DNA of 32,000 nucleotides from NCBI RefSeq assembly GCF_000186885.1, contig NC_014972.1:3819870-3851869 (forward strand). The letters run 5' to 3'. The DNA comes from Desulfobulbus propionicus DSM 2032 (GTDB lineage: Bacteria; Desulfobacterota; Desulfobulbia; Desulfobulbales; Desulfobulbaceae). Within the stretch, counting starts at the first letter, position 1, and each line of letters begins with the position of its first letter. A program made the translations under genes and the position numbers. The notes beneath the pieces were generated by a model. The model was given only the letters and a program-made list of their open reading frames with translations. It searched no databases and was not told the origin of the DNA. Of this stretch, positions 15,410-24,066 are shown piece by piece.

Positions 15410-16882
15410 TTACAGGGTGCGGGATGCCGGGAACAGGGATGGCTGTCCCGGTGTCCAGGTGTGGATATAGCGGTTGACATCGAATTTGCGGCGGCAGCCG
15501 GCCTCGCTCATGGAGCGGATGGTGCCGAAGATCGGCCGCTCGGTCCAGCCCCGGTCATGGACTCCGCCGATCGACCAGGCAATGCCGCTGTAGCCGTTGG
15601 TTTCCCGGCCATCAAGGGCATAGCGGTCGTTGAGCCAGATGGCGATGCGCAGGGCCTCCGCCGGGTCTTCGCTCCATTCGAGGATCTTTTTTGCCCAGTA
15701 CATGCGCATGTATCCGGCCATCTTGCCGCTGGCCACCAGCTGGTGCTGGGCCGCGTTCCACAGGGGATCGTGGGTCTGGGCGCGGTCGAACTGCGCATCG
15801 TCATACACGTACGGCCGCGGGTCATGGCGGTGCCGGGCAAGCGTCCGCTGCGCCCATTCGGGAAAGCCGCTGATCTGGTCATAATCCGGCGTGTGCAGAC
15901 AGAAGTTGTCCGCGAGCTCGCGCCGCACCACCAGTTCTTCGATAAAGCTGTCCACGACCTCGCCGTGGAGGCCGCGCCGCCCTATTTCCAGGACGATCGC
16001 GTGGGACGAGATCATGCCGAAATGGAGAAAAGGAGAAAGATTGGAGCAGACCGATTGGTTCGGGTCGTTGCGCTGTCCGTAGCCCGCCAGCCGTTCGCGG
16101 AGGAAGGTGTCCAGGGTGTCCCAGGCGGCGGCTTCACCGGATCGTGGCCAGGACACCGGCTGGACACTGCGGTCCACCCGCAGGCGTGCGCGCAGGGCCG
16201 GGAAATCGAGGCTGCCCGGCAGGGTTGGCCAGGCATGCGGATGCGGTTGCAACGGCGGCACGACGGTGAGAAAATCCTGGAGATGGCGATGAATGCGCGG
16301 CCGAAAGGTCTTGGCCATGAATTCCCGGCGGTCCGAGGCAATCCAGGCGGGCACGATGTTGCGGGAATCGACCTCGTGCACCGGGCAGCGGACGTGGCCG
16401 GTCACGGTGCGCAGCCACTGCCGCTTGACCCGCAGCGGATCGAAATCGGTGGCAACCAGGGCTGGGGTCAACTCGGTGCACAGGCGGACCATTTCTTCTG
16501 CCGGGTCACCACTGCGCAGGATCAGGGGGATGTTGGCCTCGGCCAGGCTGCGGGCAGTCTCTTCCAAGCCATTGAGGAAAAAATCGTACTGCCGCAGGGT
16601 GGCATCGAGAAAGGTCGGCGCCAGACAGAACGCCACCGCCAACGGCACCCCCAGGTACCGGGCCTGTTGGGCGGCGTGGAGCAGGGCCCAGTTGTCCCGG
16701 CTCCGGAATGCACGGTGCATCCAGTAAAGCACGGGGCCTGAAGTGTGGACGGCCCCGCCGTGCATCCGCAACCGCCTGAAATCAATACCAGAGTTCATGT
16801 CGTTTGCCACCTCGCCTGCGCCATCGTCCCCGGCATCCTGTTCCGGGGAAGAAAAATCCGTGTGAATGGCATCCAGGCTCAC
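15410..16882 (-). CDS. phr: class II CPD deoxyribodipyrimidine photolyase
   Basis: Long blocks align by eye to class II photolyases: GPVLYWMHRAFRSRDNWAL, TDFDPLR, NLSPFLHFG.IS, THDPLWNAAQ, GKMAGYMRMYWAKKILEWS, IWLNDRYALDGR..NGY.GIAWSIGG.HDR. The start is uncertain, either GTG 16882 or ATG 16798. Confidence 0.9.
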   Translation of the reverse strand: MSLDAIHTDFSSPEQDAGDDGAGEVANDMNSGIDFRRLRMHGGAVHTSGPVLYWMHRAFRSRDNWALLHAAQQARYLGVPLAVAFCLAPTFLDATLRQYDFFLNGLEETARSLAEANIPLILRSGDPAEEMVRLCTELTPALVATDFDPLRVKRQWLRTVTGHVRCPVHEVDSRNIVPAWIASDRREFMAKTFRPRIHRHLQDFLTVVPPLQPHPHAWPTLPGSLDFPALRARLRVDRSVQPVSWPRSGEAAAWDTLDTFLRERLAGYGQRNDPNQSVCSNLSPFLHFGMISSHAIVLEIGRRGLHGEVVDSFIEELVVRRELADNFCLHTPDYDQISGFPEWAQRTLARHRHDPRPYVYDDAQFDRAQTHDPLWNAAQHQLVASGKMAGYMRMYWAKKILEWSEDPAEALRIAIWLNDRYALDGRETNGYSGIAWSIGGVHDRGWTERPIFGTIRSMSEAGCRRKFDVNRYIHTWTPGQPSLFPASRTL

Positions 16883-16932
16883 CAGGCCAGCGATGCGCCG
16901 CCGATCATGCCTGTCCCCGCCATGGGGGAACG

Positions 16933-16948
16933 TGCCATTTTGCCATTT
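16933..16948. repeat. perfect tandem 8-mer TGCCATTT x2 in the phr/degP intergenic region
   Basis: Read directly from the sequence: 16933-16940 and 16941-16948 are identical. Confidence 0.5.
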
Positions 16949-17118
16949 CCAACGCTCAAAATTAACCAGGAAACATTTCTGAACAATGGGAGAAGAATGA
17001 GAGATAAATGAGCGTCTCCGCTCTTCCTTGGGCAGGCGACTGCGAGGAGGTCCTCGGTCGCACTCCGATCATGGCGGCGGAAGAGCTCGCGGACGATCCG
17101 CGTTTCTCCTGAGCCCTC

Positions 17119-17147
17119 TTGACGAACCGGAATCCCGGTATAATTAT
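17119..17147 (+). promoter_or_regulatory. candidate promoter upstream of degP/htrA
   Basis: TTGACG at 17119-17124 and a perfect TATAAT at 17139-17144. The spacer is only 14 nt. The alternative -10 AATTAT at 17142-17147 gives a 17-nt spacer. The site lies about 95 nt upstream of the degP start. Confidence 0.3.
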
Positions 17148-17240
17148 CTTGCTCAACGTTGTTGACCGCCCGTTGTTCCGTGTCCGACCGGCATCCGTCC
17201 CGGATGGTCCCTTTTCCATAAGCCAATGGAGCCTCGCATT

Positions 17241-18713
17241 ATGCACACCTTATCGAAACCGCGCACCAAAACGATTCTTGCCTCCTGTCTGCTGTGCCTG
17301 ACGCTGCTGGCTGGAGGTTTTCATGCTTCCCACGCCCAGAGCGAGGAAGACCTGGCCTTGCTGGACCGCAGCGCCAAGGCTTTCTCTTCGGTGGTGAAAA
17401 AGGCCGGCCCGGCGGTGGTTCATGTCGGGGTGGAAAAGGAAACCACCGCCAGGGGCATGGGGCAGTTCCCTTCCGATTTGTTTAACGATCCCTTTTTTGA
17501 GCGCTTTTTCGGGCCGCAGTTCCGCCACCCGCGCACCAACCCCAAGCAGGACAAGCGGACCTTCAAGCAGGAGGCTGCCGGCTCTGGCTTCATCATCGCC
17601 AGCGACGGCTACATCCTGACCAACAACCACGTGGTCGAGGAGGCCAGTAAGATCACTGTCCGCCTGGCCGACCAGCGCGAGTTCCCCGCCAAGGTGGTGG
17701 GCACCGATCCTCAGTCGGACGTGGCCATCATCAAGATCGACGGCAAGAACCTGCCGGTCCTGCCCCTGGGCAATTCGGACACCCTGGAGGTCGGCGAATG
17801 GGTCATAGCCATCGGTAGTCCCTTTGAGCTCAACCAGACGGTCACCGTTGGCGTGGTCAGCGCCAAGGGCCGCAACCGCATGGGCATCACCGATTACGAG
17901 AATTTCATCCAGACCGACGCGGCCATCAACCCCGGCAATTCGGGTGGGCCGCTGCTCAACATCCACGGCGAGGCCGTGGGCATGAACACCGCAATTTTTT
18001 CCCGAAGCGGCGGCTATATGGGCATTGGCTTCGCTATCCCGATCAACATGGCCAAGAGCATTGAACAGCAGCTGCGCAAGAGCGGCAAGGTCACCCGCGG
18101 CTGGTTGGGCATCCTCATTCAGGATGTCAACGAGGAGATGGCCAAATCCTTTGGCGGCAAACAGGGCGGCGGCGCCCTGATTTCCGACGTCACCGACGGC
18201 TCGCCCGCGCACAAGAACGGCCTGCAGCAGGGGGACATCATCACCGCCATCAACGGCGAACCGGTGACCGATGTGGCCGACCTGCGCAACAAGATCGCCA
18301 TGACCCCGCCCAACACCGAGCTGCGGCTGCGCATCCTGCGCGATGGCCAGGAGAAGGAGCTGACGGTGACCGTGGGCGAGCAGCCCGCCGACATGGCCTC
18401 GGTGGCCAAGAAGATGGGCGGTTCGACCTTGAGCGAACTCGGCCTCTCCCTCCAGGATCTGACCAAGGAGGTGGCCGAGCAGTTCGGTTACAGCAGCAAT
18501 CAGGGCGTGCTCATCGCCGATGTCGAACAGGGCAGTGCCGCCGCCGAACTCGGCCTGCAGGCCGGCATGCTGATCGAGGAGGTCAACCGCACCAGGGTCC
18601 GCACCCTCAAGGAACTGCAGCAGGCCCTGAAAAAATCGAGCAATGCCAACCAGGTGCTGTTGCGCATTCGTTCCGGCGAACACAGTCAGTACGTGGTGCT
18701 GCAGACCAAATAG
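17241..18713 (+). CDS. degP: periplasmic serine endoprotease DegP/DegQ/HtrA with two PDZ domains
   Basis: Signal peptide, then catalytic triad contexts TNNHVV, SDVAIIKI and GNSGGPL, then two PDZ-like segments. ATG 17241 has GGAG 9 nt upstream. ATG 17226 of the ORF track lacks an RBS. Confidence 0.9.
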   Translation: MHTLSKPRTKTILASCLLCLTLLAGGFHASHAQSEEDLALLDRSAKAFSSVVKKAGPAVVHVGVEKETTARGMGQFPSDLFNDPFFERFFGPQFRHPRTNPKQDKRTFKQEAAGSGFIIASDGYILTNNHVVEEASKITVRLADQREFPAKVVGTDPQSDVAIIKIDGKNLPVLPLGNSDTLEVGEWVIAIGSPFELNQTVTVGVVSAKGRNRMGITDYENFIQTDAAINPGNSGGPLLNIHGEAVGMNTAIFSRSGGYMGIGFAIPINMAKSIEQQLRKSGKVTRGWLGILIQDVNEEMAKSFGGKQGGGALISDVTDGSPAHKNGLQQGDIITAINGEPVTDVADLRNKIAMTPPNTELRLRILRDGQEKELTVTVGEQPADMASVAKKMGGSTLSELGLSLQDLTKEVAEQFGYSSNQGVLIADVEQGSAAAELGLQAGMLIEEVNRTRVRTLKELQQALKKSSNANQVLLRIRSGEHSQYVVLQTK

Positions 18714-18735
18714 GCCTGATCTGCTCTTGCCGCAC

Positions 18736-18774
18736 ACAGCCGCTGCCGGAACCTCCGGGGCGGCTGTTTTTTTT
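18736..18774 (+). terminator. intrinsic terminator of degP
   Basis: Stem acagccgc (18736-18743) pairs with gcggctgt (18760-18767), with an inner ccgga/tccgg pairing. A T8 run (18767-18774) follows. Confidence 0.75.
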
Positions 18775-18796
18775 GGGGGGCCGCGAAGGTGATTCG

Positions 18797-21700
18797 TCAG
18801 CCGTTCCCTGTTGCTGCCGACCGCAGCAGCTGTTCGATTTTTTCCTGCAATCCTTGGACGGTGAAGGGCTTTTTGATAAAGGGAAGCTCGCTGTCCCGGT
18901 CGTCGAGGACAAGAATGTCTGCGGCATAACCGGACATGAACAACACCTTGATGTCCGGCCGCCGGGCCAGGATTTGGCGGCTCAATTCCCGGCCGTTCAT
19001 CTCCGGCATGACCACATCGGTGAGCAGCAGATCAATCGTCCGCTCCGCGTCGGCGCAGATGGTCAGAGCCTCCTGCGGAGTCATCGCCACCAGCACGGTG
19101 TAGCCGCTCATCTCAAGAATGTCCCTGGCCATTTGCCGCACGGTTTCCTCGTCCTCGACCAGCAGGATGGTGCCGCATTTGTCCCGTGCCAGTAGGTGCT
19201 GCCGTTCCTCGGTCAGGCCCTCGGAGTGGACCGTGCTGCGGGGCAGGAACACCTTGAAGACGGTGCCGACGCCCACCTCGCTCTCGACCAGCACCAGCCC
19301 CCTGTTCTGGCTGACGATGCCGTAGATCGTCGCCAGCCCAAGCCCCGTGCCCTTGCCGCTTTCCTTGGTGGTGTAGAAGGGTTCAAAGATGTGCGCAAGG
19401 GTCTCCGGTCCCATGCCGCTGCCGGTGTCGCTGACCGTCAACCGCACATAGTCGCCCGCCGTGATTTCCGGATAGTGCCGGACAAAGGCGGCATCCAGGT
19501 GGACATTGGCGGTCGTCACGGTCAGCAGGCCGCCCTGCTCCATGGCGTCGCGGGCATTGACCACCAGGTTCATGATCACCTGGTCCACTTGGGTGGGATC
19601 CATGTGGATCGGCCACAATCCATCGGCCAGTCTGACCTCGAAGCGGATGTCCTCGCGGATCAGCCGGCCAAGCCCCTTGTGCACCCCCTTGACCACGGCG
19701 TTGAGGTCCAGCACCTGGGGGGAAATGGCCTCCTGCCGTGAAAAGGCCAGCAGTTGGCGGGTGATGTCTCGCGACTGGGTGGCGGCCCTGATGATTTGAT
19801 TGAGATAGCCGCGCATTTTGTCCGGGCTCGGTTGGCTGCTTTTCGCCAGGTCGGCATAGCCGAGAATGACCGACAGCTGGTTGTTGAAGTCGTGGGCCAC
19901 GCCGCCGGCCAGACGACCGACCGCTTCCATCTTCTGCGCCTGACGCAGCTGGGCCTCAAGCCTGCGCTTTTCCCGCTCCTCTTCCTTTCGTCCGGTGGTG
20001 TCGACCATGATTCCCCGCCGCCACCGTGGCACGCCGTTTTCCGCAACCACGGTAACCATGTCTTGCATCCATACTGTCTCGCCGTTTTCCGCCAGGAAAC
20101 GGTATTCCAGGACATGGTCCTCGCCGGCCCTGGTCTTGGCTTGGGCATGGGCAGAGACGTGCTCGCGGTCCTCCGGGTGGAGGTGCGCGCGCCAGAACCC
20201 CTTCGCCGCCCAGGCTTCCACCGGATAGCCCAGCAGCCGTTCCGCCTGCCGGCTGACATAGGTGAAGGCAAAGGTGTGCGCATCCGCTTCCCAGACAATG
20301 CCGTCCACGGAATCAACCAAATTGACGAAACGGGCGCGTTCCGTGCGCAGTTCCTCCTCGATCCGTTTCTTTTCGGTGATATCCCATGCCACCCCCAGCA
20401 CCCCGAGCAGGCGGCCGGAGTCATCGTAGATCGGGGTCTTGATGGTTTCCAGCAGCTCCCGGTGGCCGTCGGCGGCATAGGTGATCCATTCCTCGTTGAT
20501 CGTCGGCTGCCCGTTGTCGATGGCCTTGCGGTCGTTGGCCCGGAAAAAATCGGCCTGCTCGCGGGCGACGAAATCGTAATCCGTCTTGCCGACGATATGT
20601 GCTTCGCTGGTACCGAAAAACTGTTCAAAGCGGTTGTTGCAGCTCAGGTAGACGCCATCCGGGTCTTTCATCCAGATCATCGCCGGCACGGTCTGGAGAA
20701 GGTTGCGCAGCCGGGCGCGTTCCGTTTCCAAAACCTGCTGAGCCTGCTTGAGCGCGGTGATATCATGGGCCATGAAGTAAATGCAGTCTTCCCCCCAGAC
20801 GGTGATCGGCCGCATGAACATCAGGGCATCACGCCTGTCGCCGGATTTGGTGGTGAGCACGAATTCATAATTTTCCAGCCATCCCCGCTCATGGATAATG
20901 GCCATGGCTCCGGCCCGCGCCTCCTGGGTCCACAACCCCAGCCCCACCGAGGTCCGCCCCAGGGTCTCTTCCCGTTCATATCCGGTCATGGCGATGAAAC
21001 CATCATTCACCTCGAGGAAGCAGCCATCGCTCATGCGGGTGATGCCGGCCATTTCCGGCATCAGACGAAAGATGGCCGCGTATTTTTGTTCCGAGAGGCG
21101 CAATTCCTCCTCGGCCCGTTTGCGGTCGGCCACTTCCCGCCGCAGCTCTTGATTGCGTATCTGCTCCCGGGCGGGACGGGCCGCCAGCGACCAGATGAAG
21201 GCCGCCACCAACAGGCTGTTGAGCAGGCCGATCCAGAACAACGGCGAATCGATCGGCGTTTTCCGCGGCCAGCCGCCTTTGCGCACCGCGCAGATCTGCC
21301 ACTGCGTTCCGGGAACATTCACCGGCATGCAGACCGGATTGTCGGCAAACAGCCGCTCCTCCCCGCGCAGGATCAGGCCGGGCCCGCCCTGGTGGTCGAC
21401 TTTGCGCAGACCGATGGCAAATCCCTTCGTTGCCTCCACGCCACCGACATCGAGCAGGGCATCGACCCGGGTCACCACCGACACGATCCCCCAGTAACGA
21501 GGTTCGGTCCCTGGCGGCCTGTTGGCGGCGGTGAACACGGGGACTCGGGCGATCAGTCCCTCGCCGCCCTGCACCAGCCGGTGGGGGCCGGCGAGGATGG
21601 GGCGTCTGCTGGCCATCGCCTGACGCACGGCCGCGTACTGCTCCGGGTTGGATGCGTAGCGAAACCCGATGGCCTCCTTGTTGCCTTCGAGGGGAAAGAT

Positions 21701-22117
21701 CATGGCCATCTTGTTGTCGGGGGCGATGCCAATGTTGTGAATCTGGGGATGCCCCTTGATGGCCTGCCGGGCCAGGGCCTCGAACAGATCGTGGCTGATG
21801 GTTCCCTGGTGGGCGATGACATCGGCAAGGGCCGAGGTGGCGCTGAAGACCGTGGCCACGGTGCCTTCCAGGCGGGCGCGGATGGTGGCCAGGTCGTTGA
21901 GCGCCTGGCCGCGCGCCTCGCTGATCCGCTGTTGCGTGTCCAGCAGACCGATCCGCCAGCTGAGCAGGGCGCCCAGCAGCAGCGCCAGGCCGGCCAGGAC
22001 CCAGGGAATCTGGATGCATCGGGAGATGACGTTCGCTGTCCTTGGTTGCTCCACATCCGCCTCCCCAAAAATGTCCGGCCCGGAAGGCCCGATGCCGGAG
22101 AAGAGCCGAAAATCCAT
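18797..22117 (-). CDS. hybrid sensor histidine kinase/response regulator (TM, CHASE, TM, 3x PAS, HisKA, HATPase, REC)
   Basis: The periplasmic segment has CHASE-like blocks (..IGFRYASNPEQYAAVRQA..ILAGPHRLVQGG.GLIARVPVF..YWGIVSVV). PAS modules repeat. H-box VAHDFNNQLSVILGY, DTGSGM and GTGLGLA are present. The C-terminal REC domain reads ILLVEDEE..LLLTDVVMPEMNG. Confidence 0.85.
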   Translation of the reverse strand: MDFRLFSGIGPSGPDIFGEADVEQPRTANVISRCIQIPWVLAGLALLLGALLSWRIGLLDTQQRISEARGQALNDLATIRARLEGTVATVFSATSALADVIAHQGTISHDLFEALARQAIKGHPQIHNIGIAPDNKMAMIFPLEGNKEAIGFRYASNPEQYAAVRQAMASRRPILAGPHRLVQGGEGLIARVPVFTAANRPPGTEPRYWGIVSVVTRVDALLDVGGVEATKGFAIGLRKVDHQGGPGLILRGEERLFADNPVCMPVNVPGTQWQICAVRKGGWPRKTPIDSPLFWIGLLNSLLVAAFIWSLAARPAREQIRNQELRREVADRKRAEEELRLSEQKYAAIFRLMPEMAGITRMSDGCFLEVNDGFIAMTGYEREETLGRTSVGLGLWTQEARAGAMAIIHERGWLENYEFVLTTKSGDRRDALMFMRPITVWGEDCIYFMAHDITALKQAQQVLETERARLRNLLQTVPAMIWMKDPDGVYLSCNNRFEQFFGTSEAHIVGKTDYDFVAREQADFFRANDRKAIDNGQPTINEEWITYAADGHRELLETIKTPIYDDSGRLLGVLGVAWDITEKKRIEEELRTERARFVNLVDSVDGIVWEADAHTFAFTYVSRQAERLLGYPVEAWAAKGFWRAHLHPEDREHVSAHAQAKTRAGEDHVLEYRFLAENGETVWMQDMVTVVAENGVPRWRRGIMVDTTGRKEEEREKRRLEAQLRQAQKMEAVGRLAGGVAHDFNNQLSVILGYADLAKSSQPSPDKMRGYLNQIIRAATQSRDITRQLLAFSRQEAISPQVLDLNAVVKGVHKGLGRLIREDIRFEVRLADGLWPIHMDPTQVDQVIMNLVVNARDAMEQGGLLTVTTANVHLDAAFVRHYPEITAGDYVRLTVSDTGSGMGPETLAHIFEPFYTTKESGKGTGLGLATIYGIVSQNRGLVLVESEVGVGTVFKVFLPRSTVHSEGLTEERQHLLARDKCGTILLVEDEETVRQMARDILEMSGYTVLVAMTPQEALTICADAERTIDLLLTDVVMPEMNGRELSRQILARRPDIKVLFMSGYAADILVLDDRDSELPFIKKPFTVQGLQEKIEQLLRSAATGNG

Positions 22118-22213
22118 TGAGATGTATGCGCGTAGGATAGCAGGGGCCGGGGCGGTTGCAAATGGGAATCAGGCAGGACGAGGTAGATTCCTCCAGGCGG
22201 GCAATGTTTTCGA

Positions 22214-22242
22214 TTGCCAGGCTGAATGGCGGGCAATAGTAT
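22214..22242 (+). promoter_or_regulatory. candidate sigma70-type promoter for the GATase gene
   Basis: TTGCCA (22214-22219), a 17-nt spacer, then TAGTAT (22237-22242), 36 nt upstream of GTG 22278. Confidence 0.3.
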
Positions 22243-22277
22243 GCACGGCATCCAATTGTATCGAGGAGGAGACCACG

Positions 22278-22967
22278 GTGCGCATCCACGCCTTGCAGCA
22301 CGTTGCCTTTGAAGGGCTGGGCCATATTGGCCACTGGGTCGAGAAGCAGGGCTACCCCCTGAGCATGACTCGGCTGTACGCGGGCGACCCCTTGCCCACG
22401 CTGGCCGATTTTGATCGGCTGGTGATCATGGGCGGGCCGATGAACATCTACGAGGACGGCCTGTATCCCTGGCTGGCCGGGGAGCGGGCGCTGATTCGGG
22501 AAGCGATCGCCGCGGGCAAGTCGGCGGTGGGCATCTGTCTGGGGGCGCAGCTGCTGGCCGATGCCCTCGGTTCACCCGTTGTCGCCGGCCGGCACAAGGA
22601 AATCGGCTGGCTGCCGATCCGGCTCACCGACGCGGGCAAGCAATCCGCCCTGTGGGCCGGGCTGCCCGACCAGCCGGTGGTGTTTCACTGGCACGGCGAT
22701 ACCTTTGCCATTCCCGCTGGCGCGATTCATCTGGCCGAGAGCGCAGGCTGCGTCAGCCAGGCCTTTGTTTACGACAACCGTATCCTCGGGCTGCAGTTTC
22801 ATCTGGAATCCACGCCGGACACGGTGCGGCAGATCGTGTCCCACTGTGGCCACGAATTGGTGCCGTCCCCCTTTGTGCAGAGCGCGGTCGAGATTTTCCG
22901 CGATGGTCCGGACCATTTCCCGGTGATCAACCGGATGCTGGAAACCTTGCTGACCCGGTTGGGCTAG
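22278..22967 (+). CDS. class I glutamine amidotransferase (GMP-synthase-like GATase1 domain protein)
   Basis: Catalytic Cys context GICLGAQLL and His/Glu context LQFHLE. GTG 22278 is preceded by GAGGAGGAG. The longer ORF track start at 21756 would run antisense into the kinase gene. Confidence 0.8.
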   Translation: MRIHALQHVAFEGLGHIGHWVEKQGYPLSMTRLYAGDPLPTLADFDRLVIMGGPMNIYEDGLYPWLAGERALIREAIAAGKSAVGICLGAQLLADALGSPVVAGRHKEIGWLPIRLTDAGKQSALWAGLPDQPVVFHWHGDTFAIPAGAIHLAESAGCVSQAFVYDNRILGLQFHLESTPDTVRQIVSHCGHELVPSPFVQSAVEIFRDGPDHFPVINRMLETLLTRLG

Positions 22968-22985
22968 CCCTCTTGGCGGCCGGGT

Positions 22986-23942
22986 TCAGGTCGGCTGCCG
23001 CATCTGCTGCTCCTTGAACCGCACCAGGGCGGCGAGAAAATCGCAGCAGGGCGTGGGCACGCCGAATTTTCGGCCCTGCGCCGCCACATAGCCGACCATG
23101 GCTTCGACCTCGGTCGGTTTGTTGTGGTCCAGGTCCTGGAGCATCGAGGCCCGGTGGTTGGAGGTGGCCGGAATCAGTTGGCCGTAAAAGACCCTGCCAT
23201 AGCTGGCCGCATCGGGCCACGGGGTGGTGCCGCCCATGGCATTGATCACTGCGAAGGTCTCCTCGATCACCTGATCCATGAGCATCCGGGTTTCAGCGCT
23301 CTCTCCCAGGGCGCCGTAGGGGACGCCGAGGAGGGCGCCCAGCGGGTTGAGGGCGCAGTTGTAAAGCAGCTTGGCAAAGAGCGACTGGTAGATGTCCGCC
23401 ACCGCGATGCTGGGCAGACCGGCATGGCTGAGCGCATCGGCCAGCCGTTTGGCCGCCGCCGGAATGGTGCCGCGCACGCAGCCGCCCACATGAATGGCAT
23501 CCGCGGAAACGGTGATCCGCACCACGCCGGGCCGTTCAATCTCGAAACCGGTGATCACCCGCCCCGCCAGGCTGCGCTCGCGGCCGAGGCGTTCGGCCAG
23601 TTTCTCCAGGTTGCCGCAGCCGTTCTGCAGTGAGACCACCGGGCAGTAGCACTCGTGCAGCGCGGCGATATCGCTGATCGCCTTGTCCGTGTCATACGTC
23701 TTGGTGGTGAGCAGGATGGCCTCGTAGTCGCGGCCGCTTCGGCCCCTGATTCCGGTGAACAGGCCGATCTGGCCCGGCGGCACACCGTGGTCGCCGAAAA
23801 TGCCGGTGACCCGCAGGCCCGTGGTCTGCAGCGCCTCGACAAAGCGCGGCCGAAGCACGAGGTCGACCTTGTGGCCGTCCGCGGCCAGCATGCAGCCGAT
23901 GGCCTGACCCAAGGCCCCGGCCCCGTAAATCAAAAAATGCAT
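22986..23942 (-). CDS. panE: 2-dehydropantoate 2-reductase (ApbA/PanE family)
   Basis: N-terminal Rossmann motif MHFLIYGAGALGQAIG. C-terminal family blocks KLLYNCALNPLGALLG and SMLQDL..NKPTEVEAMVG. ATG 23942 is preceded by GGAGG. Confidence 0.8.
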   Translation of the reverse strand: MHFLIYGAGALGQAIGCMLAADGHKVDLVLRPRFVEALQTTGLRVTGIFGDHGVPPGQIGLFTGIRGRSGRDYEAILLTTKTYDTDKAISDIAALHECYCPVVSLQNGCGNLEKLAERLGRERSLAGRVITGFEIERPGVVRITVSADAIHVGGCVRGTIPAAAKRLADALSHAGLPSIAVADIYQSLFAKLLYNCALNPLGALLGVPYGALGESAETRMLMDQVIEETFAVINAMGGTTPWPDAASYGRVFYGQLIPATSNHRASMLQDLDHNKPTEVEAMVGYVAAQGRKFGVPTPCCDFLAALVRFKEQQMRQPT

Positions 23943-24066
23943 GAGTTCCTCCCAGAATGCCTGCTCAGTCTTGCCGCCCCGAAGCCAACGCCCTCCCTTC
24001 ACGGGCGGATCACCCCGCAGGCGCGGGCTGGTCGTTCTGTCTTCTTGTCAGGGGGCGGCGATCACC

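Noticed and set aside
16921-16960. SigmaE-type (GGAAC..TCAAA) or sigma54-type (TGGCAC-N5-TTGC) promoter upstream of degP
   Set aside because: GGAAC and TCAAA are separated by about 24 nt rather than about 16. No correctly spaced GG/GC pair is present on either strand.
16879-17246. 115-aa and 94-aa minus-strand ORFs in the phr/degP intergenic region
   Set aside because: There is no RBS. The translations do not look protein-like. They would run across the likely degP promoter and overlap the phr start.
17250-18737. 495-aa minus-strand ORF mirroring degP almost exactly
   Set aside because: It is an antisense shadow of a gene with an intact Ser-protease triad and PDZ domains. Its composition is typical of GC-rich shadow ORFs.
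19754-22120. 788-aa plus-strand ORF (and a nested 443-aa minus-strand ORF at 21003..22334) over the hybrid kinase
   Set aside because: These are shadow or out-of-frame ORFs. Only the 18797..22117 minus-strand frame yields CHASE, PAS, HisKA, HATPase and REC motifs.
21756-22277. N-terminal extension of the GATase ORF (403 aa in the track); similar extensions at 8364..8528, 6343..6459, 6126..6272, 23941..24066 and 25881..25979
   Set aside because: The extensions overlap neighbouring genes or lack homology-like sequence. In each case an internal start with a good RBS matches the canonical family N-terminus.
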